A DNA stretch of 54,661 nt from Lysobacteraceae bacterium (GTDB taxonomy: Bacteria; Pseudomonadota; Gammaproteobacteria; Xanthomonadales; Xanthomonadaceae). Position 1 is the stretch's first letter. Every line of letters begins with the position of its first letter. The stretch is from assembly GCA_033765245.1 (NCBI GenBank), contig JANRIF010000249.1, positions 1 through 54,661 of the forward strand, in the 5' to 3' direction. Below the pieces are notes generated by a model, which saw nothing but the letters and a program-made list of their open reading frames with translations, did no database searches and was not told the DNA's origin. Below, in pieces: positions 31,844-42,495 of this stretch. A program made the position numbers and the translations under genes.

Positions 31844-32584
31844 ATGGAAACTGCCATGACCATGCCCGAGATCAAATACCGTCGCATCCTGCTCAAACTC
31901 TCGGGCGAAGCGCTGATGGGTGAGGCCGATTACGGCATCGATCCGGCGGTGATCAGCCGGTTGGCCGCAGAAATCCTCGAAGCCAGCCGAGCCGGGGTGC
32001 AGGTGGGCGTGGTGATCGGCGGCGGCAACATCTTTCGCGGCGCCGGCCTGGCCGCCGGCGGCATGGATCGCGTCACCGGCGACCACATGGGCATGCTCGC
32101 CACCGTCATCAACGCGCTGGCGATGCAGGACGCACTGGAGAAGCTCGGCGCCTTCGCGCGCGTGATGAGCGCGATCAAGATCAACGAGGTCTGCGAGGAC
32201 TACATCCGTCGGCGCGCCATCCGCCACCTGGAAAAGGGCCGCATCGTGATCTTCGCCGCCGGCACCGGTAATCCATTCTTCACCACCGATTCGGCAGCGG
32301 CGCTGCGCGCGGTGGAAATCAGCGCCGACCTGCTGCTGAAGGCGACCAAGGTCGACGGCGTCTACGACCGCGACCCGGCGAAGCACCCCGATGCCCAGCG
32401 CTTCGACAGTCTGAGCTACGACGAAGTACTGCGGCGCGATCTGCAGGTGATGGACACCGCCGCCTTCGCGCTGTGCCGCGACTACGCGATCCCGCTGCGC
32501 ATCTACAGCCTGAGCGAGCCCGGCAGTCTGATGCGCATCCTCAAGGGCGAATCGATCGGAACCCTGGTGCACGGCCGCAGCTAA
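31844..32584 (+). CDS. pyrH: UMP kinase
   Basis: [15 protein letters not shown] motif. Start ambiguous among ATG 31844, 31856 and 31862. The ORF extension to 31706 lies in REP sequence. Confidence 0.93.
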   Translation: METAMTMPEIKYRRILLKLSGEALMGEADYGIDPAVISRLAAEILEASRAGVQVGVVIGGGNIFRGAGLAAGGMDRVTGDHMGMLATVINALAMQDALEKLGAFARVMSAIKINEVCEDYIRRRAIRHLEKGRIVIFAAGTGNPFFTTDSAAALRAVEISADLLLKATKVDGVYDRDPAKHPDAQRFDSLSYDEVLRRDLQVMDTAAFALCRDYAIPLRIYSLSEPGSLMRILKGESIGTLVHGRS

Positions 32585-32594
32585 CCCGACCACG

Positions 32595-33521
32595 ATGGCA
32601 CGGCACCACCACCATCGCCATGCACATCATCGCCCGGGCCACGGCCAGGCCAGCGCCCATGCCTTTGCGCTGGGCACCCTGCTCAATCTCGCCTACACCG
32701 CGGTAGAAGCCGGCTTCGGCCTCGTCACCGATTCGCTGGCGCTGCTATCCGATGCCTTGCACAACTTCGGCGACGTGCTCGGCCTGGCCCTGGCATGGGG
32801 AGCCGCGGTGCTGGCGCAACGGCAGCCGACCGCGCAGCATACCTACGGCTGGCGCCGCGCCACCTTGCTGGCGCCGCTGGCGAACGCGCTGTTGCTGGCG
32901 ACCTTCTCCGGCGCGCTGTCGTGGGAGGCGATCCGCCGCCTCGGCGCACCGCCGGAAGTGCCCGGATGGCCGGTGATGTGGGTGGCAATGCTGGGAATAG
33001 CGATCAATCTCGGTACCGCGTGGCTGTTCCATGACGGCCGCCGTGTCGATCTCAATCGTCGCGGCGCCTATCTGCACCTGATGGCCGACGCCATGGTCTC
33101 GATCGCGGCGGTGCTCGCCGGTCTGGGCATGCTGACCCTGCACTGGTACTGGCTGGATCCGGTACTGGCGTTGCTGGTCGCCGCGGTAGTCGCTGGCACT
33201 GGCTGGAAGCTGATGCGCGAGAGTTTTTGGCAGGTGATGGACGCCGTGCCGGAGCACGTCGACCAGAACGCCGTGATCGCCTGGCTGCAAGCGCAAGATG
33301 GCGTGCAACAGGTGCATCACGTGCACATCTGGGCGCTGGGCGCCGAGGAAGTGGCATTGACCGCGCACATCGTGCGCCCACGCATGGACGATCACGACGC
33401 CTTTCTGGACCGTCTGGTGCAGACGCTCGAACAACGCTTCGGCATCAACCACTCGACCTTGCAGTTTGAGCACGGCCCGGGCTGTGCGCACGATCTGCAC
33501 GATCATGCGCCGCATCATTAG
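32595..33521 (+). CDS. Cation diffusion facilitator (CzcD/ZitB-like) metal exporter
   Basis: His-rich termini (MARHHHHRHAHH..., HDLHDHAPHH). CDF TM motifs DSLALLSDALHNFGD and HLMADAMVS. Six predicted TM segments. Confidence 0.88.
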   Translation: MARHHHHRHAHHRPGHGQASAHAFALGTLLNLAYTAVEAGFGLVTDSLALLSDALHNFGDVLGLALAWGAAVLAQRQPTAQHTYGWRRATLLAPLANALLLATFSGALSWEAIRRLGAPPEVPGWPVMWVAMLGIAINLGTAWLFHDGRRVDLNRRGAYLHLMADAMVSIAAVLAGLGMLTLHWYWLDPVLALLVAAVVAGTGWKLMRESFWQVMDAVPEHVDQNAVIAWLQAQDGVQQVHHVHIWALGAEEVALTAHIVRPRMDDHDAFLDRLVQTLEQRFGINHSTLQFEHGPGCAHDLHDHAPHH

Positions 33522-33544
33522 AGGTGGCCGGCACATCGGGATGC

Positions 33545-33780
33545 GATGAAGCCGGGACTTGCGACTCGATGAAGCCGGGACTGGGGACTCGGGACTGGGG
33601 ACTCGGAAAAGCCGGAGCAAAAGGCCAAGGCGAGAGTTCGCAAGCTTGTAGTCCCGAGTCCCGAGTCCCGAGTCCCGAGTCCCGAGTCCCGAGTCCCGAG
33701 TCCCGAGTCCCGAGTCCCGAGTCCCGAGTCCCGAGTCCCGAGTCCCCAGTCCCCAGTCCCGGCTTCATGAGTCCCGAACA
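33545..33780. repeat. Heptad-hairpin REP-like element (4 left heptads, 16 right heptads)
   Basis: Partial left copy at 33545-33567, then ATGAAGCCGGGACTGGGGACTCGGGACTGGGGACTCGG. Spacer ends gttcgcaagcttGTAG. Then 13 perfect GTCCCGA (33651-33741), 2 GTCCCCA, and GTCCCGG-CTTCAT (to 33768), which closes the inverted repeat. Confidence 0.9.
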
Positions 33781-33863
33781 CCAACCACCCCGCACCACGG
33801 GCCATCCGCAGCCATTGCGCCTATAATCGGCGGATTTTCCGACGCATCTCGCTGGAGCCACTT

Positions 33864-34421
33864 ATGCTCAACACCATCAAGACCGACGCCCAGACCCGGA
33901 TGGCCAAGAGCGTCGACGCGCTGCGCCACGACTTGACCAAGCTGCGCACCGGCCGCGCCAGCACCGCGCTGGTCGATCACCTGAAGGTGAACTACTACGG
34001 TTCCGAAGTGCCGCTGTCGCAGGTCGCCAGCGTCGCCGTGGCGGATTCGCGCTCGCTCACCATCACGCCCTGGGAGAAGAACATCGTGGCGGCGGTGGAG
34101 AAGGCGATCCTGGCCTCCGACCTCGGGCTGACGCCGAATACCGCCGGCACCGTGATCCGCATCAACCTGCCCGCGCTCACCGAGGAACGCCGGCGCGAGC
34201 TGTCCAAGCACGTCTCGCACGAGGGCGAGAACGCCAAGGTGGCGATACGCAACGTGCGTCGCGACGCCATGCACCAGGTCAAGGAACTGCTGAAGGACAA
34301 GCAGGTGACCGAGGACGACGCGCACCGCAGCGACGACGAAATCCAGAAGCTCACCGACCGCTTCGTCAAGGAAGTGGACGACGTGGTGCGCGCCAAGGAA
34401 CAGGAACTGCTGGCGATCTGA
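33864..34421 (+). CDS. frr: Ribosome recycling factor
   Basis: 185 aa. Motifs LRTGRASTALVDHLKVNYYG and IRNVRRDA. Confidence 0.97.
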   Translation: MLNTIKTDAQTRMAKSVDALRHDLTKLRTGRASTALVDHLKVNYYGSEVPLSQVASVAVADSRSLTITPWEKNIVAAVEKAILASDLGLTPNTAGTVIRINLPALTEERRRELSKHVSHEGENAKVAIRNVRRDAMHQVKELLKDKQVTEDDAHRSDDEIQKLTDRFVKEVDDVVRAKEQELLAI

Positions 34422-34452
34422 GCGCCCGCGTCTTCCGCCTCCAGGCCGCCAC

Positions 34453-35205
34453 ATGCCCGATCCTTCGGCAGTTCCAGCACGCAAGCCGAGCCATCTCGCC
34501 ATCATCATGGATGGCAACGGACGCTGGGCGCAGCAGCGGCATCGACCGCGCAGCATCGGCCACCGTGCCGGCGCTCGCGCGGTCAACGTCTGCGTCGACT
34601 TCTGCCTGCGCGAGGGCATTCCGGCGCTCACTCTGTTCGCCTTTTCCAGCGAGAACTGGCAGCGCCCGGCGGATGAAGTGGGCGCGCTGATGCAGTTGTT
34701 CCTGCGCGCGCTCGAACGCGAGGTGGACGAACTGCACCGCCGCGGCGTGCGCCTGCGCTTCATTGGCGAGCGCGACGGATTTCCCGAAGCGGTGCGCATC
34801 CGCATGGCGCAAGCCGAGCAATTGACCCACGACAACTCACACCTGAATCTGACCATCGCTGCCGGCTACGGCGGCCGCTGGGACATCACCCAGGCCGCCC
34901 GCGCGCTGGCGCGACAAGTGGCGGCGGGCACCCTGGCGGCCGACGCGATCGGCGAAGCGGACGTGTCGGCGGCGCTGTCGCTGGCCGATCTGCCGGAACC
35001 CGACTTGTTCATCCGTACCGGCGGCGACCAGCGCATCAGCAATTTCCTGCTGTGGCAGTTGGCCTATACCGAACTGTGGTTCACCCCGGTATTGTGGCCG
35101 GACCTCGACGACGCGCTGCTGCACCGGGCGCTGCAGGACTTCGCAACCCGCGAACGCCGCTTCGGACTCACCAGCGACCAATTGTCGCGTGGAGCAAGCA
35201 CCTGA
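34453..35205 (+). CDS. uppS: Undecaprenyl-diphosphate synthase
   Basis: [13 protein letters not shown] and FSSENWQRP motifs. C-terminal RERRFG. Confidence 0.95.
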   Translation: MPDPSAVPARKPSHLAIIMDGNGRWAQQRHRPRSIGHRAGARAVNVCVDFCLREGIPALTLFAFSSENWQRPADEVGALMQLFLRALEREVDELHRRGVRLRFIGERDGFPEAVRIRMAQAEQLTHDNSHLNLTIAAGYGGRWDITQAARALARQVAAGTLAADAIGEADVSAALSLADLPEPDLFIRTGGDQRISNFLLWQLAYTELWFTPVLWPDLDDALLHRALQDFATRERRFGLTSDQLSRGAST

Positions 35206-36026
35206 TGCGACAAAGAATCCTCACTGCACTGCTGTTGTTGCCGCTGGCTGTCACGGCAGTGCTGTACCTGCCGACCCCGTGGCTGGGCGGACTCACCACC
35301 CTGCTGCTGCTGCTGGCGCTGTGGGAATGGTCGCGTCTGGTCGGGGTGAGCGGCCTGCCGGCGCGTCTGGCGTTCCTCGCCGCGAATGTGGCGCTGATGA
35401 GCTGGTTGGCATGGTCGGCCGCGGCCTGGCATGGCTTGGCGCTCAGCGTGGTGGTGATCGGCGCGTTGTGGTGGCTGCTGGCGGCAGCATGGCTACGGCG
35501 GATCGCCTTCCTGTCGCTCGATACCCCGCGCGCGCGGGTGCTCAAGCTGTTGGCCGGCGCGCTGGCAGTGGTACCCGCATGGGCGGCGCTGCTGCTGCTG
35601 CACGGCGACGGTGCGCAGGGACCGCGCTGGGCGCTGACCGCGCTGGTGTCGGTATGGGCGGCGGACAGCTTCGCGTACTTTATCGGCAGCCGCTGGGGAC
35701 GTACCAAGCTGGCGCCAAGCATCAGCCCCGGCAAAACCTGGGCCGGATTCTGGGGCGGCCTGGGCGGCTGCATTCTGCTGACCCTGCTCGCCGCGCCGCT
35801 GCTGGGCGTGGGCTGGCTGCAACTGCCGGCACTGGCGCTGCTGGCGGCGATCACCGGCGTGTTCTCGGTATTGGGCGACCTGTTCGAGAGCCTGATCAAG
35901 CGCCACGCCGGCAGCAAGGATTCGGGCGACCTGATCCCCGGACACGGCGGCGTGCTCGACCGCGTGGACAGCCTGCTGGCAGCGTTGCCGGCGTTCCTGG
36001 TCGCCAAGCTCTGGCTCGGCCTGTGA
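35205..36026 (+). CDS. cdsA: Phosphatidate cytidylyltransferase
   Basis: Start at [14 protein letters not shown] (ATG 35205, 1-nt overlap with the uppS stop). CTP-transferase signature [28 protein letters not shown]. Confidence 0.93.
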   Translation: MRQRILTALLLLPLAVTAVLYLPTPWLGGLTTLLLLLALWEWSRLVGVSGLPARLAFLAANVALMSWLAWSAAAWHGLALSVVVIGALWWLLAAAWLRRIAFLSLDTPRARVLKLLAGALAVVPAWAALLLLHGDGAQGPRWALTALVSVWAADSFAYFIGSRWGRTKLAPSISPGKTWAGFWGGLGGCILLTLLAAPLLGVGWLQLPALALLAAITGVFSVLGDLFESLIKRHAGSKDSGDLIPGHGGVLDRVDSLLAALPAFLVAKLWLGL

Positions 36027-36031
36027 ATGCG

Positions 36032-37216
36032 ATGCGGCGCATCGCGGTGCTGGGCGCGACCGGTTCGATCGGCGGTTCGGCGCTGGACGTGATCGCGCGC
36101 CATCCGGAGCGCTTCCAGGTCGGCGTGCTCAGCGCCAACCAGCGCGTCGATGAGCTGATCGCGCTGTGCCGGCGCTTTCGCCCGGCGCGCGCAATCGTTG
36201 CCGACCCGGCCGCGCACGACACCCTTGCCCGCGGCCTGCGCGAAGCCGGGCTGGCGTGCGAGGCGCTGGCGGGCCCGGCGGCGCTGGCCGCCGCCGCCGG
36301 CGACGGCGATTGCGATACCGTGATCGCCGGCATCGTCGGTGCCGCCGGCATGGCGTCCACCCTTGCCGCCGCCCGCGCCGGCAAGCGCCTGCTGCTGGCC
36401 AACAAGGAATCGGTGGTGCTGGCGGGCGCGCTGTTGCTGCGCGAAGCGAACGCCAGCGGCGCGCAAGTCATTCCGATCGACAGCGAGCACAATGCCATCT
36501 TCCAGTGCCTGCCGATGCCCTCGGCGGTGCCCGGCGAACGCTTCGGCGGAGTCCGGCGATTGCTGCTGACCGCTTCCGGCGGCCCGTTCCGCGGCCGCAG
36601 CCGCGCCGACCTGGCCGCGATCACCCCGGACCAGGCCTGTGCCCACCCCAACTGGGTGATGGGGCGCAAGATATCGGTCGACTCTGCCACGCTGATGAAC
36701 AAGGGCCTGGAGGTGATCGAGGCGCATTGGCTGTTCGGGCTGCCGTCCGAGCGCATCGAGGTGGTGGTGCACCCGCAAAGCATCGTGCATTCGCTGGTCG
36801 ATTACGTGGACGGCTCGGTGTTGGCGCAGTTGGGCCAGCCGGACATGCGCACTGCGCTGGCGTGCGCTCTGGCCTGGCCCGAGCGGATCGAGTCCGGGGT
36901 GAATGCGCTGGATCTGGCCGGCATCGGCCGGCTCGACTTCGAGCCGCCGGACCGCGAGACCTTTCCGTGCCTCGACCTCGCCTACCAGGCGCTGGCATTG
37001 GGCGGCAGCGCTGGCGCCATCGTCAACGCGGCCAACGAAATCGCGGTTTCAGCCTTTCTTCAGGGCCGATTGCGTTTCCTAGACATTCCGGCGCTGATCG
37101 CCCGCACTCTGGACCGCATCGCCGTGACTCCTGCCGACACCCTCGACTCCCTGCTCGTGGCCGATGCCCAGGCCCGCGCGGCGGCAACGCTGTGGCTCGA
37201 CACCCAAGGCACCTGA
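36032..37216 (+). CDS. dxr: 1-deoxy-D-xylulose-5-phosphate reductoisomerase
   Basis: Start at [16 protein letters not shown] (ATG 36032). Also LANKESVV and NKGLEVIEA motifs. Confidence 0.95.
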   Translation: MRRIAVLGATGSIGGSALDVIARHPERFQVGVLSANQRVDELIALCRRFRPARAIVADPAAHDTLARGLREAGLACEALAGPAALAAAAGDGDCDTVIAGIVGAAGMASTLAAARAGKRLLLANKESVVLAGALLLREANASGAQVIPIDSEHNAIFQCLPMPSAVPGERFGGVRRLLLTASGGPFRGRSRADLAAITPDQACAHPNWVMGRKISVDSATLMNKGLEVIEAHWLFGLPSERIEVVVHPQSIVHSLVDYVDGSVLAQLGQPDMRTALACALAWPERIESGVNALDLAGIGRLDFEPPDRETFPCLDLAYQALALGGSAGAIVNAANEIAVSAFLQGRLRFLDIPALIARTLDRIAVTPADTLDSLLVADAQARAAATLWLDTQGT

Positions 37217-37219
37217 CCC

Positions 37220-38569
37220 ATGCAAACCTTCTTCGGCTCGGTGTGGTGGCTGATCGTCAGTCTCGGCATCCTGGTGACATTCCACGAATTCGGCCACTTC
37301 TGGGTGGCGCGGCGCTGCGGCATCCGCGTACTGCGCTTTTCGGTTGGCTTCGGCGCCCCGCTGTGGCGACGCATGGGCCGCGACGGCACCGAATACCAGA
37401 TCGCCGCGATTCCGCTCGGCGGCTACGTGAAGATGCTGGACGAGCGCGAACAGGACGTGGCACCGGAAGACCGGCCGTTCGCATTCAACAACAAGCCGGT
37501 GTGGCAGCGCATCGCGGTGGTTGCGGCCGGTCCTGGCTTCAACCTGATCCTGTGCCTGGCGCTGCTGTGGCTGATGTACCTGATCGGCAAGCCCGACTAC
37601 CTGCCGCTGGTAGGCCGCGCCGAGGCGATCGCGGCCAGCGCCGGCGTCGCCAAGGGCGACCGCCTGCTGGCGATCGACGGCGAGCCCACACCCACCTGGA
37701 CCGACGTCACCATGCGGCTGGCCGAAGCCGCGCTGGAAGGCGCGCCGGTGACGCTGCGGGTACAACGCGCCTCCGGCCAGGAGCAGCAGCTCACGTTGGC
37801 ACTGGACCAAGTGTCGACACAGCAACGCCAGACCCAGCCGTTGCAGGCGATCGGGCTGACCCCGATGCACGCGCTGCTGCCCGCGGTGGTTGGCGACGTG
37901 CAGGCCGGCAGCGGCGCCGAAGGCGTGCTCAAGGCAGGCGATCGCATCGAGCGCATCGGCGCACGCGCGATCGACGCCTGGGACCAGGTGAGCGAGGCAG
38001 TGCAGACACAGGCGTCGGCCGATGCGCCGCTACTGCTGCAGGTGCGGCGCGACGGCGGCCTGCTCGACCTCAGCGTTCGCCCCCGCCTCGACAGCAGCGG
38101 CGAAACCCCGCGCTGGATGCTCGGCATCGGCCCGGCCCGCGCGCAAGCGCATTACGACACCCTGCTGCGCTACGGCGTAGTGGCAGCAGCAGCGGCAAGC
38201 GCGCGCGAGACCTGGATGCTGGCGCGCAACACGCTGTCGATGCTGGGCAAGATGGTGGCCGGCAAGGCATCGTTGCAGAACCTGTCCGGGCCGCTGACCA
38301 TCGCCAAGGTCGCCAATGCCTCGGCGCAACTGGGCCTGGCGTGGTTCCTGTACTTCCTGGCGCTGATGTCGCTGAGCCTTTGCATCATCAATCTGCTGCC
38401 GATCCCGATACTGGATGGCGGCCACCTGCTGTATTACCTTATCGAATCGATCAAGGGGAGTCCTGTCAGCGAGCGTGCGATGATAGCGGGCCAGTACATC
38501 GGCCTGACGCTGCTGGTCGGCCTGATGGGGCTGGCGCTCTACAACGACGTGCTGTTCCACCTCAGATAA
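37220..38569 (+). CDS. rseP: RIP zinc metalloprotease RseP
   Basis: HEFGHFWVAR HExxH motif, PDZ region, and C-terminal NLLPIPILDGGH. Confidence 0.95.
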   Translation: MQTFFGSVWWLIVSLGILVTFHEFGHFWVARRCGIRVLRFSVGFGAPLWRRMGRDGTEYQIAAIPLGGYVKMLDEREQDVAPEDRPFAFNNKPVWQRIAVVAAGPGFNLILCLALLWLMYLIGKPDYLPLVGRAEAIAASAGVAKGDRLLAIDGEPTPTWTDVTMRLAEAALEGAPVTLRVQRASGQEQQLTLALDQVSTQQRQTQPLQAIGLTPMHALLPAVVGDVQAGSGAEGVLKAGDRIERIGARAIDAWDQVSEAVQTQASADAPLLLQVRRDGGLLDLSVRPRLDSSGETPRWMLGIGPARAQAHYDTLLRYGVVAAAAASARETWMLARNTLSMLGKMVAGKASLQNLSGPLTIAKVANASAQLGLAWFLYFLALMSLSLCIINLLPIPILDGGHLLYYLIESIKGSPVSERAMIAGQYIGLTLLVGLMGLALYNDVLFHLR

Positions 38570-38646
38570 TCCCACCGCTAGCGACCTGCTCCCTGGTCTC
38601 GACCAGCGGCCCGCGACGGCCGCGCCCACCCAACCGGATCCGACGG

Positions 38647-40971
38647 ATGACGCGCACCACAGCTCCCCGACTCCTTGCCATCGCCCTTGCCGCGGCCCTG
38701 GCGCTGCCTCAGCCGTCCGCCGCGCAGGCCCTGCAGCCGTTCGTGGTTTCGGACATCCGCATCGAGGGCCTGCAGCGCATCGCCGCCGGCACGGTGTTCA
38801 CCTACCTGCCGATCGAGCGCGGCCAGCGCATGGACTCGCAGGCCGCCGGCGACGCCATCCGCGCCCTGTTCGCCACCGGTTTCTTCAGCGACGTCAAGCT
38901 CGAACGCCAGAACGACATCCTGGTGGTCACCGTCCAGGAACGCCCAGCGATCAACAAGATCACCCTGGTCGGCAACAAGGACATCAAGACCGACGACCTG
39001 ATGAAGGGACTCAAGGACATCGGTCTGGCCGAGGGCGAAACCTTCGACCGGCTCGACCTCGATCGCGTCACCCAGGAACTGATCCGCCAGTACAACAACC
39101 GCGGCAAGTACAACGCGACCATCAAGCCCAGCATCGCCAACCTCGACCGCAACCGCGTCGACATCACCATCGAGGTGAAGGAAGGCAAGGCGGCCAAGGT
39201 GCGCCACATCAACATCGTCGGCAACACCAAGTTCGACGAAGAAGACCTGCGCGACGGCTGGGAGTCCGACACCAGCAACTGGCTGTCGTGGTACCGCCGC
39301 GACGACCAGTATTCGCGCGAGAAGCTCTCGGGCGACCTCGAAAAGCTCTCCGAGTTCTATCTCGACCGCGGCTACGCGCAGTTCGCCATCGAGTCCTCGC
39401 AGGTGTCGCTGAGCCCCGACAAGAAGGACGTCTACATCACCGCCAGCATCAGCGAGGGCGAGGTGTACAAGGTCAAGAGCGTCGAGGTCACCGGCGATAC
39501 CATCCTGCCCAAGGAACAGATCGACGGCATGGTGTTCCTGCGCAAGGGCGCCACTTTCTCGCGCCGCATCATGGAGTTCTCCTCGGATGCGATCACCGCG
39601 GCGCTGAGCAACATCGGCTATGCCTTCGCCAAGGTCACCCCGATTCCGGACATCGACAACGAGAAGAAGGAAATCGGCATCAAGCTGTTCGTCGAACCCG
39701 GCCAGCGCGTGCACGTGCGCCGGATCGTGTTCAAGGGCAACGTCAAGACCGCCGACGAGGTGATGCGCCGCGAGATGCGCCAGTTCGAGGGCGCCTGGTA
39801 TTCACAGGCCGCGATCGACCGTTCCAAGGTGCGTCTGCAGCGCACCGGCTACTTCGAGGAGGTCGACATCGAGACGCCGCCGGTGCCCGGCGTGGCGGAT
39901 CAGGTCGACGTGGTGGTCAGCTTCAAGGAACGCAGCGCCGGCCAGTTCATCTTCGGTCTGGGCTTCTCGCAGCTCGCCGGTATCACCACCTCGATCGCGG
40001 TCACCCAGGACAACTTCCTCGGCACCGGCAATCGCATTTCGGTGGCGGTGTCCAACAACACCTTCTCCAAGAGCATCAATTTCGGCTTCTCGGACCCCTA
40101 CTTCACCGACGACGGCATCTCGATCGGCTACAACCTGCAATATTCGGAGTTCAACTCGGGCGACGCCAACACCGCGCAGTTCTCCTCCAACACCATCGCG
40201 GCGCGCTCGATCTTCGGCATCCCGCTGAGCGAGACCGACTCGATCTCGGCGGCGCTGGGCATCGACAGTCGCGAGATCTTCGCGATCCGCGGCTTCACCC
40301 CTGACGAACTGGTCGACTACATCGAGCGCGTCGGCAACCGCACCTTCCACTCGGTGCGTGCCGAACTCGCCTGGGCGCGCGATTCGCGCAATCACTTCTT
40401 CGTGCCCACGCGCGGCACCTTCCAGCGCCTCGGCGTCGAAGTGGTACTGCCCGGCTCGACCCAGGAGTTCTACAAGCTCACCTATGACGGCAGCCGGCTG
40501 TGGCCGCTGTCGCGCCATCTGGTGGTGCAGACCTCGGCCAGTCTCGGCTACGGCGAGGGCTACGGCAACGCCAAGAGCAACGGCCTGCCGTTCTTCGAGA
40601 ACTTCTTCACCGGCGGCACCAACTCGATCCGCGGCTTCCGCGACAATACCCTGGGCCCGACCGCCACGGTCAGCGGCAGCACCTTCCAGCAGCCGATTGG
40701 CGGCTCGGTCAAAACGGTCGGCAACATCGAGATGATCTTCCCGACCCTGTTCAAGTCCGAATCCACCCGTATCAGCGCATTCGTCGACTTCGGCAACGTG
40801 TTCCGCAAGACCGGCGACGTATCGCTCAACGAGTTCCGCGCCAGCACCGGCCTGTCCATGCAATGGCAGGCGCCGGTGGGACCGATCGTGATCTCCTACG
40901 CCAAGCCGATACGCACCAAGGACGGCGACCGCACCGAGCAACTGCAGTTCACCTTCGGCGGCCGGTTCTGA
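38647..40971 (+). CDS. bamA: Outer membrane protein assembly factor BamA
   Basis: Start at MTRTTAPRLLAIALAAALALPQPSAAQA (ATG 38647). POTRA repeats, and a C-terminal beta-barrel ending QFTFGGRF. The long upstream frame from 36166 is an artefact. Confidence 0.95.
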   Translation: MTRTTAPRLLAIALAAALALPQPSAAQALQPFVVSDIRIEGLQRIAAGTVFTYLPIERGQRMDSQAAGDAIRALFATGFFSDVKLERQNDILVVTVQERPAINKITLVGNKDIKTDDLMKGLKDIGLAEGETFDRLDLDRVTQELIRQYNNRGKYNATIKPSIANLDRNRVDITIEVKEGKAAKVRHINIVGNTKFDEEDLRDGWESDTSNWLSWYRRDDQYSREKLSGDLEKLSEFYLDRGYAQFAIESSQVSLSPDKKDVYITASISEGEVYKVKSVEVTGDTILPKEQIDGMVFLRKGATFSRRIMEFSSDAITAALSNIGYAFAKVTPIPDIDNEKKEIGIKLFVEPGQRVHVRRIVFKGNVKTADEVMRREMRQFEGAWYSQAAIDRSKVRLQRTGYFEEVDIETPPVPGVADQVDVVVSFKERSAGQFIFGLGFSQLAGITTSIAVTQDNFLGTGNRISVAVSNNTFSKSINFGFSDPYFTDDGISIGYNLQYSEFNSGDANTAQFSSNTIAARSIFGIPLSETDSISAALGIDSREIFAIRGFTPDELVDYIERVGNRTFHSVRAELAWARDSRNHFFVPTRGTFQRLGVEVVLPGSTQEFYKLTYDGSRLWPLSRHLVVQTSASLGYGEGYGNAKSNGLPFFENFFTGGTNSIRGFRDNTLGPTATVSGSTFQQPIGGSVKTVGNIEMIFPTLFKSESTRISAFVDFGNVFRKTGDVSLNEFRASTGLSMQWQAPVGPIVISYAKPIRTKDGDRTEQLQFTFGGRF

Positions 40972-40990
40972 GGCTTGTCCGGCGCTCACC

Positions 40991-42019
40991 ATGAGCCAAC
41001 GCCAATGGACCCTCGGCAACATCGCCCAATCCGTCGGCCTTGAACTGCGCGGCGATCCGTCGCGCGCGGTGCGCGGCGTGGCTACGCTGGCCGCCGCCGA
41101 GCCCGACCAGATCGCGTTCCTGGCCAATCCGCACTATCGCCGGGCGCTGCCCGGCTGTCGCGCGGCGGCGGTGATCCTGGCCCCGGAACATGCGCCCGGC
41201 TGCACCGTCGACGCGCTGCTCAGCGACAACCCCTATGCCGCCTTCGCGCGCGTCGCCGCGTTGTTCGAGGCACGCACTCCGGCGCCTTGCGGCATGCATC
41301 CCAGCGCCGTGGTCGACTCCAGCGCCACCGTGTCCGCACGCGCCAGCATCGGGCCGCTGTGCTGCATCGGCGCACGCACCCGCATCGCCGACGGCGTGGT
41401 ACTCGGCGCGGGCTGCATCGTCGGCGACGACTGCCATATCGGCATCGGCTGCGTGCTGGCGCCGCGCGTGACGCTGGTGACGCGCGTGCGGTTGGGACAG
41501 CGCGTGCACATCCATTCCGGCGCGGTGCTGGGTGCCGACGGCTTCGGCATCGCGATGGACGACGGACGCTGGCGCAAGGTGCCGCAACTGGGCGGCGTAT
41601 GCATCGGCGACGATTGCGAGATCGGCGCCAACACCACCATCGACCGCGGCGCCATCGAGGACACCGAGCTGGCCGAGGACGTACGGCTGGACAACCAGAT
41701 TCAGATCGGCCACAACGTCCGGGTCGGCGCGCACACCGCGATGGCCGGCTGCGTGGCGGTGGCCGGCTCCACCCGGATCGGCCGCTATTGCCTGATCGGC
41801 GGTGCCGCCGGCCTCGTCGGCCACATCGAAATCGTCGACCGGGTTACCATTAGCGCGATGAGCCTGGTGACGCACTCGATTCTCGAACCGGGCGAATATT
41901 CGTCGGGCACACCGTTGCAAGCCAGCCGCCTGTGGCGACGCAACGCCGCCCGCTTCAAGCACCTCGATGCCTTGGTACGCCGTTGGGCGCAGTCGGGCGA
42001 CGACCCGGACACGGAATGA
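40991..42019 (+). CDS. lpxD: UDP-3-O-acylglucosamine N-acyltransferase
   Basis: 342 aa with hexapeptide repeats. Conserved bamA-lpxD-fabZ-lpxA-lpxB order. Confidence 0.93.
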   Translation: MSQRQWTLGNIAQSVGLELRGDPSRAVRGVATLAAAEPDQIAFLANPHYRRALPGCRAAAVILAPEHAPGCTVDALLSDNPYAAFARVAALFEARTPAPCGMHPSAVVDSSATVSARASIGPLCCIGARTRIADGVVLGAGCIVGDDCHIGIGCVLAPRVTLVTRVRLGQRVHIHSGAVLGADGFGIAMDDGRWRKVPQLGGVCIGDDCEIGANTTIDRGAIEDTELAEDVRLDNQIQIGHNVRVGAHTAMAGCVAVAGSTRIGRYCLIGGAAGLVGHIEIVDRVTISAMSLVTHSILEPGEYSSGTPLQASRLWRRNAARFKHLDALVRRWAQSGDDPDTE

Positions 42020-42495
42020 CCGACATGACCCACCCCACCTTCAAAATGCCGCTGGACATCGCGTTCATCCGCGAACTGCTGCCGCACCGCTTTCCGTTCC
42101 TGCTGGTGGACCGCGTGCTCGCGTACGAACGCAACAAAAGCCTGCGCGCGATCAAGAACGTCACCATCAACGAGCCCTTCTTCCAGGGCCACTTCCCCGA
42201 ACATCCGGTGATGCCCGGGGTGCTGGTGGTGGAAGCGATGGCGCAGGCTGCCGGTCTGCTCACCCAGATTTCCGCGCTGCCGCGCGATCCCAACGCGCCC
42301 CCGCGCCTGTACTACCTGGTCAAGGTGGACAAGGCACGCTTCGCGCGCGTGGTGTCGCCGGGCGACCAACTGGTGCTGGACGTCGATCTCAAACGCGCCT
42401 TCCGCGGCATGGGCCATTACGATTGCCGTGCCAGCGTCGATGGCCGCGAGGTCGCCAGTGCCGAGATCCTTTGCGCCGAGCGTGCCGCTCCATGA
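42016..42495 (+). CDS. fabZ: 3-hydroxyacyl-ACP dehydratase FabZ
   Basis: Start ATG 42016 (ATGA overlap with the lpxD stop). Motifs [13 protein letters not shown] and FFQGHFP. Confidence 0.95.
   Translation: MTDMTHPTFKMPLDIAFIRELLPHRFPFLLVDRVLAYERNKSLRAIKNVTINEPFFQGHFPEHPVMPGVLVVEAMAQAAGLLTQISALPRDPNAPPRLYYLVKVDKARFARVVSPGDQLVLDVDLKRAFRGMGHYDCRASVDGREVASAEILCAERAAP

Noticed and set aside
33651-33762. Possible CRISPR array or tandem-repeat protein motif
   Set aside because: The units are 7 nt, directly abutting, with no spacers, and they form one arm of an inverted repeat. There are no cas genes. Not CRISPR.
36166-40971. A 1601-aa ORF in the six-frame track spanning dxr, rseP and bamA
   Set aside because: Only the last 774 codons (from ATG 38647, with a signal peptide) are BamA. 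The upstream part is an Arg/Pro/Gly-rich alternative frame over dxr and rseP, typical of high-GC DNA. The same reasoning rejects 3091..4482, 7745..9910, 8226..9476, 18341..20335, 18762..20477, 24767..27202, 26034..27233, 29182..31629, 35168..36790, 38578..39714, 39802..41127, 46415..48526 and similar frames.
40972-40990. Absence of skp (ompH) between bamA and lpxD
   Set aside because: Only 19 nt separate the two genes, so skp is truly absent here. I believe this is the normal arrangement in xanthomonad-type genomes rather than a local deletion. That cannot be confirmed without comparison, so it is not scored as a finding.
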